DNA of 64,000 bases, from contig CALLCZ010000032.1 in NCBI GenBank assembly GCA_937998645.1, forward strand, positions 5,593-69,592, given 5' to 3'. A program made the position numbers and the translations under genes. Numbering within the stretch: position 1 is the stretch's first letter; each line of letters starts with the position of its first letter. The notes beneath the pieces are model-generated. The model had not been told where the DNA came from. It did not search any database and saw only the letters and a program-made list of their open reading frames with translations. Positions 20,101 through 29,489 of this stretch are shown piece after piece. Source of the DNA: an uncultured Gammaproteobacteria bacterium (lineage in GTDB: Bacteria > Pseudomonadota > Gammaproteobacteria > SZUA-229).

Positions 20101-20733
20101 ATGCGCATACAAGTGCCTATTAAAAACAGGATATCAGCACAGTGGAACCATGTGTTGTGGCTGTTTGTGTTCGTTACCTGCTTCAGTCTGCAATCTGCAG
20201 GCCTGGTAAGCACCTTCCAGTTCGACAGGGCGCTGATTGACCAGGGGCATTACTGGCTGCTGCTGACTGGCCACATGGTGCATCTCAACTGGACGCACTG
20301 GGCACTCAATATGGCAGGTCTGGTCATTGTCGCGGTATTCTTCAGTCTCTATGGCAGCATACTCGACTGGTTGTTTGTTCTGCTGTTCAGTGCGATTGTG
20401 ATCGGCCTGGGGCTCTACTGGTTTCATCCCGAGCTGAGCTGGTATGTGGGTCTTTCCGGCGTATTGCACGGTCTGTTCATCTACGGGGCTATCCGCGAAA
20501 TACGTTTCTATCCTTTCAGCGGTTATATCCTGCTGCTGTTGCTCACAGGCAAGCTTTTCTGGGAATATATGAACGGCGCCTTGCCCGGTTCAGAACAGAT
20601 GACAGGCGGTCGTGTGCTGGTTGAGGCGCATCTGTACGGGGCGTTAGCAGGGCTGGCGGCGGTATTCCTGACCTGGAACCTGCACTTACTTCACAAGCTG
20701 ATTAAGGTCAAAAATCGGCAGCAAGATGCCTAG
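20101..20733 (+). CDS. rhomboid-family intramembrane serine protease, rhombosortase-like
   Basis: About 200 aa polytopic. Rhombosortase-type N-terminal signature (FDRALIDQGHYWLLLTGHMVHLNWTHWALNMAGL), catalytic GLSGVLHG serine motif, and distal His (HLYGALAGL). Its 3' end overlaps the convergent gspF by 48 nt. Confidence 0.6.
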   Translation: MRIQVPIKNRISAQWNHVLWLFVFVTCFSLQSAGLVSTFQFDRALIDQGHYWLLLTGHMVHLNWTHWALNMAGLVIVAVFFSLYGSILDWLFVLLFSAIVIGLGLYWFHPELSWYVGLSGVLHGLFIYGAIREIRFYPFSGYILLLLLTGKLFWEYMNGALPGSEQMTGGRVLVEAHLYGALAGLAAVFLTWNLHLLHKLIKVKNRQQDA

Positions 20734-21918
20734 TACGATCATCAATACCAGTACCCCCATGGTCAGGATAATGGCTGGTTCGAAAATACCGACTATATAG
20801 GCGATCAGGGTGACCTGTTCGCGTTCCAGTTGTGTTGCTGCACGATCGAGCATTTCTTCCAGGTTGCCACTGTTTTCGCCACTGGCGATGAGTTGCAGGG
20901 TCATCGGTGGAAACAGTTTGCTCTGGTCCAGCGATTTCTTGATTCCCGAGCCTTCACGCACTCGTTCTGTCGCTACCATAATGGCATTGCGCATCGGCAG
21001 GTTGCCGACCACCTGGGCAGATATTCTCATCGACTCGATAACCGTTACACCACTGCCGGTAAGGATGCTGAAGGTGCGGGTGAACAGCGCGGTATTGAGA
21101 CCGCGCACCAGCCTTTGAATCAGCGGCAATCTGAGCAGCAGGCGGTGATAGCGTTCACGGTGCCGGGTCCTTCTCAGCATGGCACGTACGCCAATGATGA
21201 GAACGATGATCAGGACAAGTAAATAAACACCATATGCGATAACGAAATCACTGATGGCGATTAATGACAGCGTCAGGGCCGGCAGGTCCTGTCCGATGTC
21301 CTCGAACACGGACACGACCTGGGGCACGATATTGGTCATCAGGAAGATTACGATTGCGATGGCAAAAACCGTCAGAAATGCCGGATATATCAGTGCCTGC
21401 CGTACCTTGCCCTGTATTTCCTGCTGGTTCTCGGTGTAGTCGGCCAGTCTTTCGAGCACCGTATCCAGATGTCCGGATCTTTCACCGGCATCTACCGTAG
21501 CGCGATACAGGTCTGAAAATACCTTGGGGAATTCGCCGAGACCTGCTGCCAGAGTATGGCCTTCCATCACCTTGGCGCGGACAGCAATGATCATGCTTCG
21601 AATACGCTGTTTTTCCGTCTGGTTGGCAATGGCGGTCAATACTTCGTCGAGTGGTAATGTGGCCTGGACCAGGGTGGCCATCTGGCGGGTTATCAGCGCC
21701 AGTTCCGTCGTGCTGATGCCGCGTTGAAACATGCGGGATGATGACAACTGCCCTTTGCTGCTGCCAGCGCCTTGCTTCTGGTTCGCTGCATTGATTTGCA
21801 GCGGTATCAGGCCTTTATCGCGCAGGTTCTGACGCACCTGTCTTGCGGTGTCGCCCTCGGCTACACCCTTGCGCTCGCGGCCCTTTTCATCAAGAACGAC
21901 GTATTCGAATGCACCCAT
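20686..21918 (-). CDS. gspF: type II secretion system inner-membrane platform protein F
   Basis: 410 aa. Two repeated GspF domains and 3 TM segments. Confidence 0.9.
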   Translation of the reverse strand: MGAFEYVVLDEKGRERKGVAEGDTARQVRQNLRDKGLIPLQINAANQKQGAGSSKGQLSSSRMFQRGISTTELALITRQMATLVQATLPLDEVLTAIANQTEKQRIRSMIIAVRAKVMEGHTLAAGLGEFPKVFSDLYRATVDAGERSGHLDTVLERLADYTENQQEIQGKVRQALIYPAFLTVFAIAIVIFLMTNIVPQVVSVFEDIGQDLPALTLSLIAISDFVIAYGVYLLVLIIVLIIGVRAMLRRTRHRERYHRLLLRLPLIQRLVRGLNTALFTRTFSILTGSGVTVIESMRISAQVVGNLPMRNAIMVATERVREGSGIKKSLDQSKLFPPMTLQLIASGENSGNLEEMLDRAATQLEREQVTLIAYIVGIFEPAIILTMGVLVLMIVLGILLPIFDLNQLVK

Positions 21919-22052
21919 CTTTAAAACAGGGGCGAGGGGCTAGGGACGAGGGACGAGGAAAAACCGGGTATACGGTTCCGGTTTGGTTTGTCGAGTTGAT
22001 TCAGCTGCTTACTGTTAAGTTGCTGATGTTCTGGTGTACTTTTCATTACTCT

Positions 22053-23582
22053 TCAGTCTTCACGGCTGACGCGCAGCACTTCTTCGAGCGAGGTGGTGCC
22101 TTCGAGAATGAGCCGTCGGCCGTCCTGGCGCAGTGATGCTGCATAAGTGCGAGCATACTGTTCCATCGCATGTTCACCTTCACCGTCGTGGATCATGTCC
22201 TGCAACTTTTCGTCAACAGGTACGAATTCATACACACCGGTACGCCCCGTATAACCCAGGTGGTTACACTGGGCGCAGCTGGAGGCTGAATAGATCGTTG
22301 GCGTTTCTCCTGCCGGCAGGTTCAGCCATTCACGTTCGCTCTCGGTTGCGGTGTGCGGTTTTTTACACGCAGGGCACAGTTTGCGAACCAGTCGTTGCGC
22401 CATCACGCCAATCAGGCTTGATGCCAGCAGGAAGGGCTCGACACCCATATCGCGCAGACGCGTGATGGCGCCAATCGCGCTGTTGGTGTGCAGGGTGGAA
22501 AGCACCAGGTGCCCGGTGAGACTGGCCTGCACCGCGATCGTGGCCGTTTCCAGGTCGCGGATCTCACCGATCATGACGATGTCGGGGTCCTGGCGCAGGA
22601 TCGAGCGCAGTCCACGCGCAAAGCTCATGCCCACCTTGGCGTTGACCTGGGTCTGGCCGATGCCGTCGATGTAATATTCGATCGGATCTTCTACGGTGAG
22701 GATGTTGCGCGATTTTACATTGATGCGCGCCAGGCCTGCATACAGGGTTGTGGTCTTACCTGAGCCTGTCGGACCGGTGACCAGAATAATGCCGTCCGAT
22801 TTGTGCAACAGGGTATTGAATCGGGTTTGCACGTCTTTGGCCATGCCGAGGTTTTCCAGCGTGAGCCTGCCCGCCTGCTTGTCGAGCAAACGCAATACCA
22901 CGCGTTCGCCATGACCCGAGGGCAGGGTCGAAACACGTACGTCTACGGCACGACCGGCTACTCGCAGTGATATGCGACCATCCTGTGGCAGGCGCTTTTC
23001 GGCGATATCGAGTTTTGCCATGACCTTGATGCGGGAGATGATCAAGGGCGCAATGTTTCCGGGTGGTTGCAGGATCTCACGCAGCATGCCGTCAACACGA
23101 AAGCGAACGCGCATGCGGCTTTCGAATGGCTCTATATGAATATCGGAAGCATTGATCTTGATGGCTTCTGTCAGCATGGCGTTGATCAGGCGGATGATGG
23201 GGGCATCATCTTCAGCTTCCAGCAGATCTTCAGGCTCGAGTGTTTCCGCGAGCTGGTCGAGGTCGAGCTCTTCACCGACGCCTTCCATCATGGCGATGGC
23301 CTGGTCACTGCCACGTTCGTAGGTTTGTGCCAGCAGGGCGTCGAATTGCTCGTCAGTAGCCGGGCTCAACGACAGTTTGCGTCCGGTAACCCGGGTGATT
23401 TCTGCAAGGATGGCTGGACTGAAATTCGGGCGATGCAGCAGCTGCACCTGGTCATCTTCGATCTGGCCAATCAGTACGCCATGGCGTTTGGCAAAGGCGT
23501 AAGGTAAGGTCTGCGGTGTCAGTTCCTGCGGCTGGCCTGCTTCAGGCTGATCATCGACCGCCTCAGAAGAAATCTTCGTCAT
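22053..23582 (-). CDS. gspE: type II secretion system ATPase E
   Basis: Walker A GPTGSGKTT, Asp box, His box, and the tetracysteine motif CPACKK...CAQCNHLGYTG. Start chosen at MTKISS; the track ORF extends to 23648. Confidence 0.9.
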   Translation of the reverse strand: MTKISSEAVDDQPEAGQPQELTPQTLPYAFAKRHGVLIGQIEDDQVQLLHRPNFSPAILAEITRVTGRKLSLSPATDEQFDALLAQTYERGSDQAIAMMEGVGEELDLDQLAETLEPEDLLEAEDDAPIIRLINAMLTEAIKINASDIHIEPFESRMRVRFRVDGMLREILQPPGNIAPLIISRIKVMAKLDIAEKRLPQDGRISLRVAGRAVDVRVSTLPSGHGERVVLRLLDKQAGRLTLENLGMAKDVQTRFNTLLHKSDGIILVTGPTGSGKTTTLYAGLARINVKSRNILTVEDPIEYYIDGIGQTQVNAKVGMSFARGLRSILRQDPDIVMIGEIRDLETATIAVQASLTGHLVLSTLHTNSAIGAITRLRDMGVEPFLLASSLIGVMAQRLVRKLCPACKKPHTATESEREWLNLPAGETPTIYSASSCAQCNHLGYTGRTGVYEFVPVDEKLQDMIHDGEGEHAMEQYARTYAASLRQDGRRLILEGTTSLEEVLRVSRED

Positions 23583-25716
23583 CGTCCCAGTCCGAATCTT
23601 CAGCCTGCTGGCTGGAAGTTGCTGGCTCCTGTTCATCAGGGGCGGCATTATCGGCTTGATTTGCTTCTGGCTGTGCCGTCTGATCCGCGGTCTCCGACTC
23701 TAGCGGTGGCAGCACGGGTGCACCTTTGATCAGGCCGAAATCTTCATCTTCATCCCGCATCTGCTCGGCTCGCAGGTAATTGTATTTCTCGTTGGTGACA
23801 TAGGCCGAGTCGTCGAAATCACGCAGGATCTCGGGTTTGAGGAATACCATCAGGTTCTGTTTGCGCTTGGTGCTGGCTCTCGAGGTAAACAGCCAGCCAA
23901 GTACAGGAATATCGCCCAGCAGGGGTACCTTGCTCTGGGTATCGTCGACGATCTCCTCGATCAGGCCGCCGAGTACCAGGATGCCTCCATCATCGACCAG
24001 CACGCTGGTCTTGATAGAGCGTTTACGCGTTACCGGGCCGCTGTTTTCGGTGATGGTGACCACGTCCGAGACTTCCTGTTCGATATCCAGCTTGATGGTG
24101 TCACCCTCGTTGATCTGGGGCGTGACCCTGAGTGTGAGGCCAACGTCCTGGCGTTCGATGGTCTGGAACGGATTTTGCGGGTTTACTGTGCCGGCACCGG
24201 TAAACTGGCCGGTGATGAAGGGCAGGTTCTGTGCAACGATAATCTCGGCCTCTTCGTTGTCCAGGGTCACGATGCTGGGTGTAGACAGGATATTGGCTGC
24301 GGAGTCTGTCTGCAGGGCTTTCAGGATCAGGCCGTAGCGCACACCTGCACTGGTTTCTGCGCCAACGCCGAGGGTCAGGCCGGAACCGAGATTGCTCAAT
24401 ACATTGAGCGCTGCATCTTCGCTGCCCGCAGCAGCTGCAATGATGTCGCCCAGTCCGACCAGGTTGCTGATGCCGACGGGAAAGGTTGTTTCGCTGCTCT
24501 CAGTACCATCGACCACGGCGCCAACACCCACTTCCTTGTCCCGGTTGGTGGAAATTTCGGCAATGATAGCCTCGATGTGTACCTGGGCGCGGCGAATGTC
24601 GAGCTGGCGAATCACGGATTTCAGCGACAGCAGGGTATTGGGATCTGCTGTAATGATTAGCGCATTGGTCTCATCGTCAGCCTGGATAATGGTGTTATCA
24701 CCGATGAAGCTGGTACCGGACACCTGACGGGAGGCGGTCGTCGCTTTTGTCGTTCCACGCGCGCCAGTGGTGGTTTTTTTCGCTTGCTTTTCCTGCAGAC
24801 CGGTGAGGATCTCCATCATGTTCTCGGCCTTTGCATAGCGCAGGTAGATCACGTGGGTATTGCCACCGCCATCGTCCAGTGGTGTATCCAGCTGTATAAT
24901 CGTGGTGCGGATCTTGAGCCTGATGGCGCGCTCGCCGCTCATCAGAATGCTGTTGGTGCGCTCGTCAGCTGCCAGGTTGATCTGGTTTGCCTGGTCTTTT
25001 GCAGATTGCGGGTACAGTGAATTGACGATACGTACCAGCTCGGGCGCCGAGGCGTGCTGTAGCGGGATCACTTCCAGCTCGTCACTTTCGGCTTTATCGA
25101 CACCGGCGATGATGCGCATCAGGCGCTGAATGTTACCGGCATGATCGGTAATGATCAGGGTGTTGGTTGGATTGTAGGCCGCCAGGTGTCCCTGTTGCGG
25201 TACCAGCGGTCGCAGGATTGGCACCAGCTGGGCAGCCGGGACATGATCCAGGCTGATGACCTTGGTAATGAGTTCGTCGCCGCCTTCGCCTGCACGGCTG
25301 GCGCTCATCGGCAACGGGCCCTGTTTGGCATTGACCTCGGGTACGATCTTGATCACGCTGCCCGTGGGTACGGCGGCATAACCGTGAACCTGTAATATCG
25401 ACAGGAATACTTCGTAGACCTCTTCAGGGGTCAGGGTCTCGGATGAAATGACCGTAATCTTGGCCTTGACCCTGGGGTCTATGATGAAGTTCCTGCCGGT
25501 AAATTTCGATACCGTGCTGATCAGAGCCCGTATATCGGCATCCTTGAGATTGAGCGTGATCTCATCTGCTATCACCTGTGTACTGAACAGCAGGGCGGCG
25601 ATCACACCGATGGTGAACTTTCTTATTCCGTTAATGATGTATTGATTGTTCAAGGTCGAGTTTTTGTTTTGATTAAGTTTATTGTAGCTGAATGTTGAGC
25701 GGTACTTCATTTCCAT
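23563..25716 (-). CDS. gspD: type II secretion system secretin D
   Basis: 717 aa. N0–N3 domains plus secretin domain (...VPLLGDIPVLGWLF...). Confidence 0.9.
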   Translation of the reverse strand: MEMKYRSTFSYNKLNQNKNSTLNNQYIINGIRKFTIGVIAALLFSTQVIADEITLNLKDADIRALISTVSKFTGRNFIIDPRVKAKITVISSETLTPEEVYEVFLSILQVHGYAAVPTGSVIKIVPEVNAKQGPLPMSASRAGEGGDELITKVISLDHVPAAQLVPILRPLVPQQGHLAAYNPTNTLIITDHAGNIQRLMRIIAGVDKAESDELEVIPLQHASAPELVRIVNSLYPQSAKDQANQINLAADERTNSILMSGERAIRLKIRTTIIQLDTPLDDGGGNTHVIYLRYAKAENMMEILTGLQEKQAKKTTTGARGTTKATTASRQVSGTSFIGDNTIIQADDETNALIITADPNTLLSLKSVIRQLDIRRAQVHIEAIIAEISTNRDKEVGVGAVVDGTESSETTFPVGISNLVGLGDIIAAAAGSEDAALNVLSNLGSGLTLGVGAETSAGVRYGLILKALQTDSAANILSTPSIVTLDNEEAEIIVAQNLPFITGQFTGAGTVNPQNPFQTIERQDVGLTLRVTPQINEGDTIKLDIEQEVSDVVTITENSGPVTRKRSIKTSVLVDDGGILVLGGLIEEIVDDTQSKVPLLGDIPVLGWLFTSRASTKRKQNLMVFLKPEILRDFDDSAYVTNEKYNYLRAEQMRDEDEDFGLIKGAPVLPPLESETADQTAQPEANQADNAAPDEQEPATSSQQAEDSDWDDDEDFF

Positions 25717-26560
25717 TTCTCATTACCGTGATCGAGACGCTGTTTGCTGTACTGAGCTGGCGCAGGGCGCCGATGCCGTTTTGAGGATTGTCCAGCTTGA
25801 TGCCATTGATCTCGGTGATCACATCGTTGGCTTCCAGCCCTACTTCCTGCATCAACTCATTGCCCTTTTGCTGTGGTTGCAGGCGATAACCAAGCTGCTT
25901 GCCGTTTTTTTTCACCACCACCGGCAGAGCATAATCACCGAAAGAGGTCGGGTTTTGAAGTATTTCCTGGCGAATGCTGACCAGTTGTTCACCCGGAGTG
26001 CCGGAGGCTGGAAAAGCGCTGCTATTACTTGATGACTGTATTGTGCCGACATCTTCATCTTTTACCAGTTGCAGGGTCTCCAGCTGTCCACCACGGTTAA
26101 GAATCACGTGGTCAGGGTGCACTTCCTCGATAGTAACGCCTCCCGGCATCTTGTCGCCGATGGCAAATACTTCTTCCTTGCCGTTCTTGCCGCGGGCAAT
26201 GATCGCATGCGATAGTGTCATTGGATCGGCTGCGATAACGCCACGCAATACCAGGTTCAGCCGTGTTTCAGGGGCCTTGGTTGGTCGGGAGGCCGCCGAG
26301 ACCTGCATTTCGCCAAACAGGTGGGCGCTGGCTACCTGTCTGATGGCCTGGTCCTGGTTGGTCCGGTTTACTACGGGTGTTCGGGTTGTGGCTCTCTGCT
26401 GCGTGGAGGTCTCGCCTTCAGGCAGAAACATCCAGCTGATTTTTGCCATGGCATGGGCACAGGCAATGACCAGCAACAGGCTTGTTATGGCGGGTAATCG
26501 CTGGTTAATCTGCTGCAGGTAAGCCGTGTTGGCAAATAGAGTTGTGAACGGGTTTGTCAT
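25679..26560 (-). CDS. gspC: type II secretion system protein C (with PDZ domain)
   Basis: 293 aa. N-terminal TM, C-terminal PDZ-like segment. It is the first gene of the gspC–F operon. Confidence 0.7.
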   Translation of the reverse strand: MTNPFTTLFANTAYLQQINQRLPAITSLLLVIACAHAMAKISWMFLPEGETSTQQRATTRTPVVNRTNQDQAIRQVASAHLFGEMQVSAASRPTKAPETRLNLVLRGVIAADPMTLSHAIIARGKNGKEEVFAIGDKMPGGVTIEEVHPDHVILNRGGQLETLQLVKDEDVGTIQSSSNSSAFPASGTPGEQLVSIRQEILQNPTSFGDYALPVVVKKNGKQLGYRLQPQQKGNELMQEVGLEANDVITEINGIKLDNPQNGIGALRQLSTANSVSITVMRNGNEVPLNIQLQ

Positions 26561-26658
26561 CCAAGAGTGTATACAGCTGTTAACAGTGGGATAATAGCAG
26601 TCACGCTAAATGATTACATTAACAAATTACTAATATTTTCTTGTGCTTATCTGCTGAT

Positions 26659-26940
26659 CTACACGCCATTTCGACAGAACCGGTAAATCGCGATTTCGCC
26701 AAACAGGTTCGGAAACAGCCGCATCGGCAGCGTGCTCTTACTATGAGTATGATCGACAGCCGTTCGTTCCAGGATATCGATTCTTTTTAGTTTGCACAGG
26801 GCTTCAAAGTCGTTCACCGTGCACAGGTGGATGTTCGGCGTATCGAACCAGTGGTTGGGCAGGCTCCTGGTGACCGGCATGATGCCGCGAATTCCGGGTT
26901 TGAAGCCGGCCTTTCCAGTAAGCCATGTTGGGGAGGTTGT
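26659..26940 (-). pseudogene. metW: 3' remnant of metW (methionine biosynthesis protein MetW). The N-terminal ~60% is missing and metX is absent.
   Basis: The translation (…LPNHWFDTPNIHLCTVNDFEALCKLKRIDILERTAVDHTHSKSTLPMRLFPNLFGEIAIYRF) is collinear with the C-terminal third of Pseudomonas MetW. A REP-like octamer repeat (26967–26998) sits where the 5' part should be. Confidence 0.6.
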
Positions 26941-26966
26941 TTGTTTTATTAAAACTAAACAGGTTT

Positions 26967-26998
26967 CTTTGCGCTCTTTGCGTCTTCGCGCCTCTGCG
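26967..26998. repeat. REP-like octamer repeat (CTTTGCGC TCTTTGCG TCTTCGCG CCTCTGCG)
   Basis: Member of the CTGCGC/TTGCGC repeat family seen at six or more loci in this window. Confidence 0.5.
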
Positions 26999-27045
26999 TT
27001 GAAATAATCTTTTACCTGCCAGTATTCACTGCTGCAGCATTCGGG

Positions 27046-27597
27046 CTAGAGCATCTGGAACAGGTAGGAAACCAGGCGTTCAAGAAACATCAGTGCAATC
27101 AAGGCCACCAGTGGTGAAAGGTCAAGACCGCCGACCGGCTTTATCAGACGACGAAACGGTGTCAGTACCGGCCGGGTGATGTTGAATAAAATACCTGAAA
27201 CCGGGTTATATGGATCCGGGTTTATCCAGCTCAGAATAGCCTGCACAATAATGGCAAAGATAAAGATGTTGAGCGCCAGCGTGATGAAGTCCCTGATTCC
27301 GGTAAGCAGCAGAGCGAGTACAGATGGCGAATACCCCGATAGCAGTGCAATAATAAAGATTTTGATGGCGATGAAAGCAATTACGACAATAATCGTTGCC
27401 AGGTCAATTCCGCCGACTCCCGGTATAATTTTTCTTGCAGGGTTCAGTACCGGCGCCGTTGCCTTTACAATGAATTGCGAAATCGGGTTATAAAAATCGG
27501 CGCGCACCTGCTGCAATATAAATCTCAGCATCAAAACGATAATGTAAAGATCGAACAGTGTTTCGATTAAAAAAATTAGCGGGTTTTCTGATCTCAT
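27046..27597 (-). CDS. yggT: YggT-family membrane protein
   Basis: 183 aa, two YGGT repeats. Located downstream of proC, as in Pseudomonas. Confidence 0.8.
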   Translation of the reverse strand: MRSENPLIFLIETLFDLYIIVLMLRFILQQVRADFYNPISQFIVKATAPVLNPARKIIPGVGGIDLATIIVVIAFIAIKIFIIALLSGYSPSVLALLLTGIRDFITLALNIFIFAIIVQAILSWINPDPYNPVSGILFNITRPVLTPFRRLIKPVGGLDLSPLVALIALMFLERLVSYLFQML

Positions 27598-27599
27598 TG

Positions 27600-28424
27600 T
27601 TATATGTCCTTGCCCAGCTCGTCTGCCAGTTCACGCGATCGATTATAGGCTGCATTCAATGCCTTGCTAACATTATGATGAAAATCATCGTGCTCAAAGC
27701 TGGCAATAGCTGCGGCCGTGGTGCCACCTTTTGATGTCACACGTGCACGTAACTCCTGCAGGTCCAGCTCGCTCTCACTTGCCATGCGAGCTGCTCCCAG
27801 TGCTGTCTGTAGAATCAGGCTGGTAGCGGTTTCTTTATCAAGCCCCAGGTTTACTGCTGTTTTCTGCATGGCCTCCATTAACAGGAAGAAATAGGCAGGG
27901 CCGCTGCCGGATACTGCAGTTACAGCGTCCAGCAGGTCTTCATCAGCTACCCAGGCGGTAATGCCTGCCGCGCGCAGTATTTCATCAGCCAGCTGCTGTT
28001 GCGCTTCGCTAACGGTTTTGTTCGCGTACAGTGCTGTTGCGCCATACTGGATCAATGCCGGTGTGTTGGGCATGCATCTGACTACGGCCACATCACCTCC
28101 CAGCCAGCGTGCAATATCGGCGGTTCTTATGCCGGCGGCGATTGAAACGTAAAGCGGGTTTTTTACATTTGATGATTCGGACAGTTGCTTGCAGACAGTC
28201 TGCATCAGCTGTGGTTTTACTGACAGCACCACGACATCCTGTAACAGTGTTTCAGGATTAGCGTTCGTGGTTGCGACGCCATACTGCTTTGACAGCCGTT
28301 CGCGCCTGCCAGCATCGGGTTCGGCAACCATGATCGAAGCCGGCTCGGTGCCTGCAGCTATCAGCCCTCCTGCCAGGCTGGTTGCCATGTTCCCGCCGCC
28401 AATAAATGCAATGCGTGTAGTCAT
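27600..28424 (-). CDS. proC: pyrroline-5-carboxylate reductase
   Basis: IAFIGGGNMATSL NADP-binding motif. Full-length ProC collinearity. Confidence 0.9.
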   Translation of the reverse strand: MTTRIAFIGGGNMATSLAGGLIAAGTEPASIMVAEPDAGRRERLSKQYGVATTNANPETLLQDVVVLSVKPQLMQTVCKQLSESSNVKNPLYVSIAAGIRTADIARWLGGDVAVVRCMPNTPALIQYGATALYANKTVSEAQQQLADEILRAAGITAWVADEDLLDAVTAVSGSGPAYFFLLMEAMQKTAVNLGLDKETATSLILQTALGAARMASESELDLQELRARVTSKGGTTAAAIASFEHDDFHHNVSKALNAAYNRSRELADELGKDI

Positions 28425-28439
28425 TTTCTTATTTTACGT

Positions 28440-29440
28440 TGATGAATCAAATTTTTCGCAGTCTAGCATAGCTCGTGTGTACGGCTGCCTTCAGATACTG
28501 GTTTGAGTGGGTGGATATTTGCCACAGAGGGCACAGAGCACACGGAGGTTTTTATTGTTCCCAGGAGCGGAATTAAGCGCGAACAGCAGTTGAAACGTAT
28601 TTATAAGCATATTATTTCGCCTTGCTGGCGAGTTACTTTTCTGTATTCTGCACATCCCTGTGCTCCACCCTTCGGGCGCTATGCGTGCTAATTTGCTCCG
28701 GGCAAATTAGTCAACAGCGACAGAAAAGTAACCAAAAGAGCGCCGCCCCGAAACGTTTGCCCTTCGGGTTCCCTCACCATTCAACTTTGCCTACGGGCCA
28801 CCTTGACTCGCCGTCCGGGCTCGACAAGGCTAAATCGGACGTCCCTGTCCGATTTGCCCTACCAAAGTTGAATGGCTCGGCAAACTTCACGGGGAGAATG
28901 CTCCTCCGATCAGGCAACACGTAGGGTGCAATAGCGAATGCGTATTGCACCATTAAACATCCGGTGGATTACGGCTAAGGCCTAATCCACCCTACGGGGA
29001 TACTCTTACCTCCCGTTAAGCTCGCCGAAGCCTGTCCTGAGCAAGTCGAAGGCGACAGCTTCACTGGTAGGGTCGATTGACCACGGACGTTCAATCGAGT
29101 CTTGTCGAGCAGGGATGCGAGTCAAGACGACCCGTTGGCAGGGAAGATGGCTGAGGGTATGCGATGCACGAGCGCCCGGGATGTACGAGTCAAGGACATA
29201 GGTAACAAAAGAGTCCAAGGACATGGGTTACGTTTTTTGTGCGAACAAAAAAGGTAACTCGCTCCAACAGGAGCGAAACTAAAAGCTGATATACACGATT
29301 CAGCCGATGTTCGCGACTAAAGTCGCCCACACAGTTAACAACAAGCAACCTCTGTGATCTCTGTGCCTCTGTGGCAAAGTTTTTATCGTATTAGCCTGCC
29401 ATGTTTGGTGAAGACCCAAACAGTTCAAACCAGTTTTCTT
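28440..29440. other. roughly 1.0–1.1 kb ORF-free, hairpin-dense region (candidate structured RNA or decayed element) at the position where yggS is expected
   Basis: No ORF longer than 100 aa and none with homology. Multiple perfect hairpins: CTAATTTGC-TCCGG-GCAAATTAG; two CCCTTCGGG UUCG-type tetraloops; CCATTCAACTTTG/CAAAGTTGAATGG; and a three-way-junction-like stretch at 28920–28996. Confidence 0.3.
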
Positions 29441-29465
29441 GTCGCTTATGAAGTCTGCGCTGTTA

Positions 29466-29489
29466 TGGGCTATAACATGGGCTATAACA
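29466..29489. promoter_or_regulatory. perfect 12-bp tandem direct repeat ATGGGCTATAAC x2, about 40 bp upstream of pilT (candidate operator or duplicated -10 region)
   Basis: Seen directly. Each unit is embedded in a near-palindrome TGTTATGGGCTATAACA. Confidence 0.3.

Noticed and set aside
20134-20469. 111-aa ORF antisense to the rhombosortase gene
   Set aside because: Entirely internal and antisense to a polytopic membrane-protein gene with clear rhomboid motifs. No independent support.
23837-25129. Several 80–170-aa plus-strand ORFs inside gspD
   Set aside because: All are antisense to a strongly supported secretin gene and low-complexity (Ser/Arg/Leu-rich), typical of out-of-frame readings.
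28622-28924. 100-aa ORF (MLASYFSVFCTSL…) in the proC–pilT gap as a yggS replacement
   Set aside because: No resemblance to the YggS PLP-binding motifs, no RBS, and it is overlapped by multiple perfect hairpins. Six-frame check of the proC-proximal end also gave no YggS C-terminus.
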